Below, piece after piece: positions 20,260-29,169 of a stretch of 36,079 bases of DNA. The stretch lies in the IMG/VR virus record IMGVR_UViG_2690316109_000010; one strand, given 5' to 3'. A program made the position numbers and the translations under genes. Each line of letters begins with the position of its first letter. Within the stretch, counting starts at the first letter, position 1. The DNA is from a virus (Duplodnaviria; Heunggongvirae; Uroviricota; Caudoviricetes). The notes below the pieces were generated by a model. It saw nothing but the letters and a program-made list of their open reading frames with translations. It did not search any database and was not told the DNA's origin.

Positions 20260-20753
20260 TACTCCTCCTGCTGTAATTCCTCCTCATCATCCGCACCTGC
20301 TTCAGTCACCCGCAGGGCTATCTGATCGCGCAGATCATCAATAATGGACTGAACACGGCTCACAGCGGCAGGCTGCAGACCGCAGTCACGTTCCAGAATA
20401 TCCGGTAATGTCTCCAGCACCTGCACGACCGCTTTTGCCCAGATGGCAAACTCCCGTCTGACATCACTGGCCGGAATGAGTTGTGCCGTTTCCTGTTCGA
20501 ACTTAAGACGCTCACGTTCAGACTGATACCAGGCTTTGCGCTCATGCGCGTCCATTTCGCCTTCTGCAACCGGCGGTGGCAATGCCAGAAATGCCGACAC
20601 AATATCAACCACCCGATAAAGCTTGAGGTTGCTTTCATGCCCCCCTGCAACGGGTAGATTTTGCAGCCTTGCCGCAGCAGTCTGGCGATGTACACCTGAC
20701 AGTGCCGCCAGTTGACTGATATTCAGCGTCAGATTTTTTAACTCTCGATCCAT
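20259..20753 (-). CDS. nu1: Terminase small subunit (Nu1-like, HTH)
   Basis: 164 aa with N-terminal helix-turn-helix (LTLNISQLAALSGVHRQTAAARL) and acidic C-terminus; about 180 bp downstream of the candidate cosN, as in lambda. Confidence 0.75.
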   Translation of the reverse strand: MDRELKNLTLNISQLAALSGVHRQTAAARLQNLPVAGGHESNLKLYRVVDIVSAFLALPPPVAEGEMDAHERKAWYQSERERLKFEQETAQLIPASDVRREFAIWAKAVVQVLETLPDILERDCGLQPAAVSRVQSIIDDLRDQIALRVTEAGADDEEELQQEE

Positions 20754-20856
20754 ACCCGCTCCAGAATGTTTTAAACATGCATCTCGCGAACAACTTTAGG
20801 CAAACGGTGTTAGTGATGAACAAAAAACAATCAAAATCGACACCATAAAAATAAAA

Positions 20857-20884
20857 CCACTGTAATATCAATCTATTACAGTGG
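20857..20884. repeat. Perfect 11-bp inverted repeat in the candidate cosB region
   Basis: ccactgtaata-tcaatc-tattacagtgg, between the candidate cosN and the Nu1 start. Confidence 0.6.
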
Positions 20885-20914
20885 TGGTGATGACGAATGA
20901 AATTTCAAAAACTA

Positions 20915-20950
20915 GCCTTTTTCCGCGACGCTCCCGCCCCGTGGCAGGCC
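20915..20950 (-). other. cos: Candidate cosN (cohesive end site)
   Basis: The minus strand reads ACGGGGCGGGAGCGTCGCGG, resembling the lambda cos core ACGGGGCGGCGACCTCGCGGG as I recall it; spacing to Nu1 matches lambda. Confidence 0.5.
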
Positions 20951-21110
20951 ACCCCACCGGGAGGACCCGTCAGCCTGACAGCTCTGACGAACGTCTGATA
21001 CAACGCCTTGCATGAATGGCATCGGGATAATCCAGAAAGGCATAGCATCGTGCCCACAAGAATCTGTGTAAGTGTCCTGTTTCTTCCACCCCCGCACAGG
21101 ACTGGCGAGC

Positions 21111-21287
21111 ATGAGGGACAAACCCGCGAACCATAAACGCGGTAAAAACCCGGTGTGCATCGTTTTTGATTATTCCCGCACACTCGCGCAGAAGGAGTTC
21201 CCCGTCGGGCTACGGTCTCTGTTAATACGGGAATACGGCGACGATACAGCGCATGATGTGTCAGGCTTGAATACCTTTATCCGTTAA
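21111..21287 (+). CDS. Hypothetical small protein on the opposite strand, in the bor-equivalent position
   Basis: 58-aa ORF from the ATG at 21111; the only plus-strand ORF in the cos-Rz interval; followed by a plus-strand terminator hairpin. Confidence 0.3.
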   Translation: MRDKPANHKRGKNPVCIVFDYSRTLAQKEFPVGLRSLLIREYGDDTAHDVSGLNTFIR

Positions 21288-21333
21288 AAGGGATATCAGT
21301 TAAGCTATCCCGTGTAGGGTATAAGCCATTATC

Positions 21334-21360
21334 AAAGCCACTCTGTAGGGAGTGGCTTTT
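21334..21360 (+). terminator. Rho-independent terminator for the plus-strand small ORF
   Basis: aaagccactc-tgtaggg-agtggctttt: 10-bp stem followed by TTTT on the plus strand. Confidence 0.5.
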
Positions 21361-21568
21361 GTAATGGCAATAAAAAGCCCCGCGAATGCGAGGCTAAATC
21401 CTGGTATTTGTAATGACTGGCTCTTATCTCAACGCAGCCCCTTACCGCGCGCAAGATGCTCAATATCAAGCATCAGCAATGAGATGTTTAATCTGGATTC
21501 ACTCCAGAAGTGATCACCATCCTGTCTACAGAGTCAGATGTGAAGGATGATGAGTAAAATTATCGCTA

Positions 21569-22036
21569 TCATCGAAGGCATTGCGTCCCGATGTATTCCT
21601 GAAGCGTTCTCAGTGCTGTTTGGTCGCGGATAATTCCGTCCCGGATACCGAGAACGTTTCGTCCAGCAACTGGAGAGAGTTCGACGGTGGCATCATTGCC
21701 CATGCCGGAGGCGCTGGAGGTTTCGGCTGAGGATGGCACAGGGCATTTTCCTTTGACGAGCACCCGACCACCATTATCAAGCTTGCGCCGAAGAGCATCA
21801 TTTTCAGCTTTCGCATCAGCTAACTCCTTCGTGTATTTAGCATCGAGTGCATCAGCAGAACGCTGGCGCTGCTGCATGTCAGTAATGGTGGCGGTCGCCT
21901 GCTTCAGCTCACTGACTTTTTTATCTCGCTGTTCTTTGTAGGCGATGGCGTTATCACGGTAATGATTGACCGCCCACGACAGGCAGACGATGATGCAGAT
22001 AACCAGAGCGGAGATAATCGCGGTTACTCTGCTCAT
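21569..22036 (-). CDS. Rz: Spanin inner-membrane subunit Rz
   Basis: [30 protein letters not shown]... matches lambda Rz; the ATG at 22036 overlaps the R stop as ATGA. Confidence 0.9.
   Translation of the reverse strand: MSRVTAIISALVICIIVCLSWAVNHYRDNAIAYKEQRDKKVSELKQATATITDMQQRQRSADALDAKYTKELADAKAENDALRRKLDNGGRVLVKGKCPVPSSAETSSASGMGNDATVELSPVAGRNVLGIRDGIIRDQTALRTLQEYIGTQCLR
21610..21816 (-). CDS. Rz1: Spanin outer-membrane lipoprotein Rz1, embedded in Rz in another frame
   Basis: 68 aa, [21 protein letters not shown]... with lipobox and a Pro-rich segment (PKPPAPPAW), fully inside Rz in the +1 frame. Confidence 0.8.
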   Translation of the reverse strand: MRKLKMMLFGASLIMVVGCSSKENALCHPQPKPPAPPAWAMMPPSNSLQLLDETFSVSGTELSATKQH

Positions 22037-22530
22037 TGTTGCCCCCACAAACAGACTTCACGCTCAATCTCACGACGAGTCATCAGGCCTTTCCATTGCT
22101 TACCGCCAGCGTATATCCAGCGACGTAGCTGGTCACATGCGCCTTTGATATCGCCCTGGTTTATTTTGCGAAGAAGCGTCGATGTTCTGAAATTGCCAGC
22201 ACCCACGTTGTAGACGAACGAGTAAAGAGCGCCGCGCGTTGTTTCCGGTATATCGACTTTGATGTACGGGTTAATTTGTCTGGCAACCGTGGCAAGGTCT
22301 TTATTCAGGAGGGCTTTGCATTCTGCTTTGGTATACGTTTTACCGAGCATGATGTCTTTTCCTGTATGCCCGTGACATACAGTCCATACACCAACAATAT
22401 CTTTGTATGGTATGTAGCTGACACCTTCCAGACCATCGTTACCACTTGGGCCAGTGATTAACACTGATGCTATAGCAATTGCTCCTCCACCAATAGCAGC
22501 AGCAACTGCTTTTCGTAATGATGGAGGCAT
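22033..22530 (-). CDS. R: SAR endolysin (phage 21 R-like lysozyme)
   Basis: 165 aa; N-terminal Gly/Ala-rich signal-arrest-release segment [30 protein letters not shown] followed by a lysozyme domain; matches the phage 21 endolysin as I recall it. Confidence 0.9.
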   Translation of the reverse strand: MPPSLRKAVAAAIGGGAIAIASVLITGPSGNDGLEGVSYIPYKDIVGVWTVCHGHTGKDIMLGKTYTKAECKALLNKDLATVARQINPYIKVDIPETTRGALYSFVYNVGAGNFRTSTLLRKINQGDIKGACDQLRRWIYAGGKQWKGLMTRREIEREVCLWGQQ

Positions 22531-22745
22531 TATTCACCTCTCGCAGCCTTGCGCTTATCTTCTTTAATCTTGAAATAAAGGTTTGTCAGGTACGTCAGCA
22601 GGCCAAATACCAGACTACCCAGCACACCTATTGCCGCCCACTGTGAGGGCGTGACTTTATCGAGCAGCTGTAAAAACCAGTAGCCAGCACTGCCTGCGGA
22701 GGTGCCGTAGGCAATGCCTGTTGAAATTTTGTCCATGGATTTCAT
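22530..22745 (-). CDS. S: Pinholin (S21-like) with dual-start motif
   Basis: [31 protein letters not shown]...[14 protein letters not shown] from the ATG at 22745, with a second ATG at 22736 (Met1-Lys-Ser-Met4, the antiholin/holin pair). A further in-frame ATG at 22775 would give 81 aa. Confidence 0.85.
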   Translation of the reverse strand: MKSMDKISTGIAYGTSAGSAGYWFLQLLDKVTPSQWAAIGVLGSLVFGLLTYLTNLYFKIKEDKRKAARGE

Positions 22746-22844
22746 AGCCTCACCTCCGCACGGAACGGATGGCATAGTTATTATGTGTAGGCTTCCAGAT
22801 ACATCAATCAGAGCCTTAATTGATATATATGCTGGAGACGATGC

Positions 22845-22871
22845 AATATAAAAAGCTCGCCGTAGCGAGCT
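22845..22871 (-). terminator. Rho-independent terminator between the lipoprotein cargo genes and S
   Basis: agctcgc-cgta-gcgagct hairpin followed by UUUUUAU on the minus strand. Confidence 0.55.
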
Positions 22872-22996
22872 AATAAAATGTATTTCTCTGATATTATGTT
22901 TATTTGTATTAGCTCAGACTTGACATCACAGGTTTCGTATATAGAACATCATCAAATCTGTCAGTTTGCTATGAATGAGATATAGTAATTGAAGAG

Positions 22997-23392
22997 CTAA
23001 CCTCGCATGTCAAAGCCAGATTTCTGAAAATCTCTGTAGACTTCCGGATTGTTGAAGGCCGGAAATTTGGCTTTATGAGCTGCGGACTTTATCGCTTCGC
23101 AATAGGCTTTATCACCGTTACTGGTAGATATTTTTAACGCCGTGCCATCCTGAGAGAATTCCATATGCAACCTGCATTTTTTCCCTTTCCAGTTATGCGG
23201 CTCATCAAGTTTGGCATTAATTGCAGCTCTGATTCCCCGCGCTTGCGCCCCCCATTCATCCTGATCATCCCAGCGTCCTGAACTGCAACTACCTGTAGCA
23301 GTAGTTTTGTGGCAATCTGAAGGGTGTAAAGGTGTGCATCCCGCAACAAAACCGACCCAAAAAGTCAACATAACGATTTTCTTTAATCCCAC
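22997..23392 (-). CDS. Lipoprotein with TolA domain III-like C-terminus (copy 1)
   Basis: 131 aa from the GTG at 23392 (GAGGAG 6 nt upstream); signal peptide MGLKKIVMLTFWVGFVAGC with lipobox; C-terminus KKCRLHMEFSQDGTALKIS...GDKAYCEAIKSAAHKAKFPAFNNPEVYRDFQKSGFDMRG. Confidence 0.7.
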   Translation of the reverse strand: MGLKKIVMLTFWVGFVAGCTPLHPSDCHKTTATGSCSSGRWDDQDEWGAQARGIRAAINAKLDEPHNWKGKKCRLHMEFSQDGTALKISTSNGDKAYCEAIKSAAHKAKFPAFNNPEVYRDFQKSGFDMRG

Positions 23393-23542
23393 TTCTTGCT
23401 CCTCAATCCATTAAAATCTCAGCAATAGTAGTTGTTACGTCCGCCACTGGCTCAGAGCTGACTATCCGCTAGATTTAGCTCAGTGCCGTAGTTGTGTCAG
23501 AACAAACCTAAGCCGAAACCGTTTATTACAAAACAATAAATA

Positions 23543-23971
23543 TCAGGGTTTAAAATCCAGCACCCCATTTTGAAATACTTTATATACTTCCGGCGAAGGG
23601 GGGGCAGGTATATCAGCATTCTTTATCGCATTCATCGCTTCACGACATAAATCGAGGTCTCCACTTTCTCTTTTAACCTCCAGTAGAAGGCCATTCGGGG
23701 CCATATGCATTCTCAGTGTACACTCTTTTCCTGAATACTTACTCGCATCCCCGAACTGTTTTTCGATGGCGCTCTTGATTTGATGGGCATACAGACGGAT
23801 ATCCTCACTAACATCAGAAGTACGTTCAGATGAACTCACATACTGTGTCTCTATTGCTTTATCGGAGTAATATGATGTACGGTCATGATAATTTGTCGAT
23901 ACAGCATCAGTGCACCCGATAATAATCCCACTAATAATCAACGTAAGAATTGATGCGCTACGAAAACCCAT
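23543..23971 (-). CDS. Lipoprotein with TolA domain III-like C-terminus (copy 2)
   Basis: 142 aa from the ATG at 23971 after GAGGA; signal peptide with lipobox IIGC; C-terminus YAHQIKSAIEKQFGDASKYSGKECTLRMHMAPNGLLLEVKRESGDLDLCREAMNAIKNADIPAPPSPEVYKVFQNGVLDFKP resembles the TolA C-terminal domain as I recall it. Confidence 0.75.
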   Translation of the reverse strand: MGFRSASILTLIISGIIIGCTDAVSTNYHDRTSYYSDKAIETQYVSSSERTSDVSEDIRLYAHQIKSAIEKQFGDASKYSGKECTLRMHMAPNGLLLEVKRESGDLDLCREAMNAIKNADIPAPPSPEVYKVFQNGVLDFKP

Positions 23972-24337
23972 TTTTCCTCACATATGTCATATAGTAAAGG
24001 ATTATATATACCGTTGTTTTGGACGCTCAAACAGCGAATCAGATCAAATAAAACGCACATTTGTTAACATTTACACAAAGTCTGCGTGGGATATTCTGAA
24101 AGAATATCCATAATGTGGAGAGAATCTATTGAAGTGCATGGTGCCGGGGGCCTCCCGGTGAATTCAGTACCAGCACCTGAATCCACGATTATCCCATATA
24201 CCTACTCGCTGATTGCCCCTCCGCACAGGGGGATTCACCATGCCAGTTTCTTTTAACAAACTCCCCGCAAACCAGAGAACAGTCAACCGCCTGAATTGTG
24301 AAGTATTTAAAAATTTCTCCCGCTAACTGATACCCGG

Positions 24338-24341
24338 CTAA
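24338..24341. repeat. IS5 target site duplication CTAA (left)
   Basis: CTAA immediately precedes the left inverted repeat and is repeated at 25538-25541. Confidence 0.85.
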
Positions 24342-25537
<1,196 letters not shown>

Positions 25538-25541
25538 CTAA
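25538..25541. repeat. IS5 target site duplication CTAA (right)
   Basis: CTAA immediately follows the right inverted repeat. Confidence 0.85.
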
Positions 25542-25704
25542 CAGTCTGGCGTTTTCTTTTTCAGCAACGGGAAAGCAACAACTACCACACCCGCCACCAG
25601 CACACCGTCAGCCAGCACTGACATTATCCGGCTGCTGCAATGCCATTCACAAAAACAGTAAGCAATCACTTTTTACCGTAACAGGTGATAATCCAGATAT
25701 GTAT

Positions 25705-26058
25705 CTACCCCAGATGAGTAATCCGAAGTTCATCCATACCACAGGTCCTGGCTATTCTGTTGTACTCCTGAACAAGAGCAAATAATTCTGAATTAGCAAC
25801 CATGAACTCATCGCAAACCCTCTGTATAGCATCACTATTCAGAATAATAACGTCTCTTCCCGAAAGACGATCAGGAGCACAGAACAAAACTGTCAAACGG
25901 CTGAAGGCCTTTGCTCGTGCTGCATTGACTATATCAATACGCTGCCTAAGGATGAAACACCCCGACGCCTCATCAATATTCACTCTACCCACACCATATG
26001 AATGATAAATATTTAATGCTGAAAAAACCATTAGACCGTATAACAAACACTCAATCAA
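25705..26058 (-). CDS. Hypothetical protein in AT-rich cargo region downstream of the tRNAs
   Basis: 117-aa ORF in a locally AT-rich stretch between the tRNA genes and IS5; no family recognised. Confidence 0.35.
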   Translation of the reverse strand: MIECLLYGLMVFSALNIYHSYGVGRVNIDEASGCFILRQRIDIVNAARAKAFSRLTVLFCAPDRLSGRDVIILNSDAIQRVCDEFMVANSELFALVQEYNRIARTCGMDELRITHLG

Positions 26059-26168
26059 TACTTAACAGAACTTTTATTTTTGACAAACATATAATGTTTT
26101 CAACAATATCCTGAGCCAGGTATATTCCAGTATAAGGCTCTGCCGGAAGGAATCTGGAAGAATGAATA

Positions 26169-26245
26169 TGGCGCGCTGTACTGGATTCGAACCAGTGACC
26201 GATTGCTTAGAAGGCAATTGCTCTGTCCGGCTGAGCTAACAACGC
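26169..26245 (-). tRNA. tRNA-Arg (anticodon UCU)
   Basis: The reverse complement folds as a cloverleaf: acceptor GCGTTGT/ACAGCGC, D arm GCTC...GAGC, anticodon stem ATTGC/GCAAT with loop CTTCTAA, T arm ACTGG-TTCGAAT-CCAGT, 3' CCA. Confidence 0.85.
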
Positions 26246-26349
26246 TGAATACCGATAATGGACCGCCATCGGGGACCCGCCCCCCCCCGCACCAACAACC
26301 CTGTTATCGTGTCGTCTGCTCTTCCTGATAAGCTCATGGCGGTTTGTGA

Positions 26350-26425
26350 TGGTGGCCCTTGCTGGATTTGAACCAGCGACCTGGCGATTATGAGTCGCTC
26401 GCTCTCACCACTGAGCTAAAGGACC
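26350..26425 (-). tRNA. tRNA with CAU anticodon (ileX/ileZ-like tRNA-Ile2, or Met)
   Basis: The reverse complement GGTCCTTTAGCTCAGTGGTGAGAGC...CTCATAA...GCTGGTTCAAATCCAGCAAGGGCCACCA folds as a cloverleaf with anticodon loop CTCATAA; closely resembles E. coli ileX as I recall it. Confidence 0.8.
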
Positions 26426-26461
26426 GGGAGCAGAATAATAACGGTCCGTAATTAATTCCGC

Positions 26462-26488
26462 AATAAAAAACCCGCTCGGTGGCGGGTT
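26462..26488 (-). terminator. Candidate late terminator tR' downstream of Q
   Basis: aacccgc-caccga-gcgggtt hairpin on the minus strand followed by UUUUUUAUU. Confidence 0.6.
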
Positions 26489-26535
26489 GTAGAAACTCTT
26501 CTAACGTCAGGTATAAAAAGCCCATCTTTATGACG

Positions 26536-26563
26536 AATTTACCACAGATTCCGGAAAAATCAA
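26536..26563 (-). promoter_or_regulatory. Candidate late promoter pR'
   Basis: Minus-strand TTGATT (-35), 16-nt spacer, TAAATT (-10), immediately after the Q stop and about 60 nt upstream of the terminator. Confidence 0.45.
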
Positions 26564-26568
26564 CCTTG

Positions 26569-27390
26569 TTACCTAGTTACCTTTTTTAACTGCCGCTCAG
26601 CCCATGCTTCTTCAATATCAAACCGGGTCACCAGCGCATCATAGAATTTCTTAACTGTTTTTTCCCATGACGCGCGTGTTATCTGGTTTGTCACCTCGCA
26701 TATAGCATTAAATGCCTCCGTTGATGGTAGTCTTTCATAGCCACGACCACCACAACGCTGGCAGTCTCTGATAACAGGCATACCACGTTTTACCGACTCT
26801 TCACGGTGAATGGCGACACCACGCCCACGGCAATCCTTACAGACGGTGGAAACCTCACCCTTTCCGCCACACTCCGGACAGGCAACTTTTACCACCTCCC
26901 TGACTTTTTTCCATTCTTCCCAGTAAGACGGATACACACCTTTCGTACACTTTGCCCATACCGGCGGCTTACCATCCGGATACTGGACCTTGTTTGTAAA
27001 AACTACGCTTTCAATAAATTTTTCCCCATAGCAACAAGGGCACTGCTTTTTACTCGCTGCGCTGCGGGCATAATCCTCAAAAGCGTACGAAGCCATAATG
27101 CGCATCACTAACGGTTTTATTTCTGCCGGAAGTTTTCTCAACGCCGCCACACGATCGCACCGACTGAGTGCATAATCTGCCAGTAATTCTGTTGCCCGCG
27201 CCCTGTCATTCATACTGATGCCCATTTTCCCCAGGAACGCAGAAAACCCCATCTCAGCCCGATTCTGTGTCATGCCCTGCGCGGCCATCACATCAGTGAT
27301 ACTCAGCGCATCTTTTGACGTTGAGGCCGATGCATCGGTCAGGCAAGGGGATTTTGGGGAGTAGTATTTCGGTAAATCTTCCAGTTTCAT
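26569..27390 (-). CDS. Putative late antiterminator Q (QuuQ-like) with DnaJ-type zinc-finger repeats
   Basis: 273 aa with CPCCYGEK, CPECGGKG, CKDCRGRG and CQRCGGRG (CxxCxGxG) repeats; assigned as Q by position between rusA and pR'/tRNAs/lysis genes. Confidence 0.5.
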   Translation of the reverse strand: MKLEDLPKYYSPKSPCLTDASASTSKDALSITDVMAAQGMTQNRAEMGFSAFLGKMGISMNDRARATELLADYALSRCDRVAALRKLPAEIKPLVMRIMASYAFEDYARSAASKKQCPCCYGEKFIESVVFTNKVQYPDGKPPVWAKCTKGVYPSYWEEWKKVREVVKVACPECGGKGEVSTVCKDCRGRGVAIHREESVKRGMPVIRDCQRCGGRGYERLPSTEAFNAICEVTNQITRASWEKTVKKFYDALVTRFDIEEAWAERQLKKVTR

Positions 27391-27761
27391 TTTTTGACCT
27401 GCTCTTCATGCATTATGGGGTAAATCTTCACCCCCAGACGTCCACCAGATACTGGCTGACCACGAACGATATTGATTTCATCAAACTGCTCATCGTCCAT
27501 TAACACTCCCGCATGCGTCAGCGCATCCAGCGGTGCTTTCAGGATATTGTCCAGGTCGCGACGACGCTTATCCGGTGGCTCTGCAATCACCTTTATCGCC
27601 AGCCTTCCGGACAGGCTTAATTTCAGCCGCTGCTGGCGAACAATAAGCGCCACAGCCCGGCGATAACGCTTTCCCTCCTCCGAGATAAAATATGTGCTGC
27701 CACGGCGTCGCCAGTAAGTGTTCACCGTCGGCGGGTAAGGTAAAACCAAATCTATGAGCAT
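27387..27761 (-). CDS. rusA: Holliday junction resolvase RusA
   Basis: About 124 aa from the ATG at 27761 (MLIDLVLPYPPTVNTYWRRRG...) with a ...RRRDLDN... motif, RusA-like; GAGGTGA Shine-Dalgarno. Confidence 0.8.
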   Translation of the reverse strand: MLIDLVLPYPPTVNTYWRRRGSTYFISEEGKRYRRAVALIVRQQRLKLSLSGRLAIKVIAEPPDKRRRDLDNILKAPLDALTHAGVLMDDEQFDEINIVRGQPVSGGRLGVKIYPIMHEEQVKK

Positions 27762-27773
27762 CACTCACCTCTT

Positions 27774-28823
27774 TTACCCAAACACGCCAGTTGCAAAGGC
27801 GTGATCAAGAAAACGAAAAATTAAATCAACCTGAGAACCATGCTTTTCTTCGAACGCCAGAGGATCCGCATGAAGCTCGTTGTGATGCTCCCGACACAGC
27901 GGTAGCGTGAAAATATCGTGAGATTTTGTCCCCATTCCGCCCTGACCATGACCAATCAGGTGATGGGGATCGTCGGCTGGCTTACCACAACACGCACACG
28001 GCTGTGTCTTCACCCAGCGTGTGTATTTCTCGTTAACCCAGCGGCGACGTTTAGGTCGTTTCATGAAAGATTCCGGAGACTCAGGATCAACGGCAATGCT
28101 GACCACCGTCTTTTCCTGTGGTGGGTTCTGTTGCTGGTGGGCGTGAGGCAGCGGCGCAAGATTTTTTGTGCGCTGTTTCAGTATGCTGGTGGCGGTCTGC
28201 TCTCCCGGTACGATGTCGCTTTCACGGTACATTGAGCGGATTTTTTCCGCACGCAACCCCAGCGAACGACGTAATACCGCTTCCGGTAGCGCGTCCGCCA
28301 CCTGATTGCGGACCGCCCACCAGGATAATTCAGCCAGAGATAATTCACGCTCCTGCGTACCGCTTATTGCGTGACCGATGACGTCAATCATCCATGCTGA
28401 CAGATTTTGATGAGCAAGTTGCTCGAGTGATTCGGATGTCTGGTCACGCAGCTGGTTGTCGCAGTGCCAGCACAACACCATTGCGCCGGTACCATAACGG
28501 TGAATAACGGTTTCGCTGTGATGATAATCGCCGTGTGGCCACTGGCAGGATTTAATATGGCGCAACAGCCAGTCAGACAATGCACCAGCACCACCAGCAG
28601 CACGAATCACCCGTGCGTTACTGAAAAACGGCAGCAATGTTTTGTCTTCCACCAGCGGCTGGCGAACGGCAGGAACGACCCCGGACGGCAGATTACGCAT
28701 GCTTTTCGGTTCCGGCTCCACCAGTACCCGGGTATTGTGGAATACCGGCATGGATTCACGGCCCGGCTTAACGACCACCAGCCCGAGTTCCGGTACCAGA
28801 ACAGGTCGAAGTAATACCCGCAC
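27774..28823 (-). CDS. DUF968-family prophage protein (YdfU-like) with Cys/His-rich C-terminus
   Basis: 349 aa; C-terminal CACCGKPADDPHHLIGHGQGG...CREHHNELH looks like an HNH-type motif; same length and position as Qin YdfU as I recall it. Confidence 0.55.
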   Translation of the reverse strand: MRVLLRPVLVPELGLVVVKPGRESMPVFHNTRVLVEPEPKSMRNLPSGVVPAVRQPLVEDKTLLPFFSNARVIRAAGGAGALSDWLLRHIKSCQWPHGDYHHSETVIHRYGTGAMVLCWHCDNQLRDQTSESLEQLAHQNLSAWMIDVIGHAISGTQERELSLAELSWWAVRNQVADALPEAVLRRSLGLRAEKIRSMYRESDIVPGEQTATSILKQRTKNLAPLPHAHQQQNPPQEKTVVSIAVDPESPESFMKRPKRRRWVNEKYTRWVKTQPCACCGKPADDPHHLIGHGQGGMGTKSHDIFTLPLCREHHNELHADPLAFEEKHGSQVDLIFRFLDHAFATGVFG

Positions 28824-28824
28824 G

Positions 28825-29103
28825 TTACCTCCAGATGCGTTGCTGGAATGTGCGGGACGGACGCGGTGGGCGTTCGGAGTAAGGCAATCTGACTGAGATT
28901 ATCCAGTGACGGTAGTCGAGGCTAAGGGCTTTTTTAACCTCGTATCCGCGCCTGCGGTAACACTGAATGAGCCATTCGGCCTGTTCTTCAGTGCATGGGG
29001 GATGCTGGTACCAGTCTGACTTAAATGCGTGAGAATACCGCTCGTGCGTGTGGGCAAGAACGGTCGAATTATCATGATTGTAATATTTTGCGTTGCGTGC
29101 CAT
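28825..29103 (-). CDS. Hypothetical prophage protein
   Basis: 92-aa ORF tightly packed between the rem-like and DUF968 genes; no family recognised. Confidence 0.35.
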   Translation of the reverse strand: MARNAKYYNHDNSTVLAHTHERYSHAFKSDWYQHPPCTEEQAEWLIQCYRRRGYEVKKALSLDYRHWIISVRLPYSERPPRPSRTFQQRIWR

Positions 29104-29169
29104 CGGTTTTCTCCGGTGGCACGGTGTTACTCAGCGGGAGTTCAGCCCCGCGCAAGATTGTAGATGAGT

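Noticed and set aside
20905-21183. Minus-strand ORFs of 82-92 aa overlapping the candidate cos site
   Set aside because: They span the cosN core and a region better explained by the plus-strand small ORF and cos; Cys/Gly-rich composition looks non-coding.
25538-25624. 28-aa hydrophobic minus-strand ORF (MSVLADGVLVAGVVVVAFPLLKKKTPDC) whose stop codon coincides with the IS5 target site
   Set aside because: Resembles a small membrane peptide or type I toxin, but it has no convincing Shine-Dalgarno and is too short to assess; left as an unconfirmed curiosity.
26246-26349. Possible third tRNA between the two tRNA genes
   Set aside because: No acceptable cloverleaf could be folded by eye; the spacer contains only a C-rich tract.
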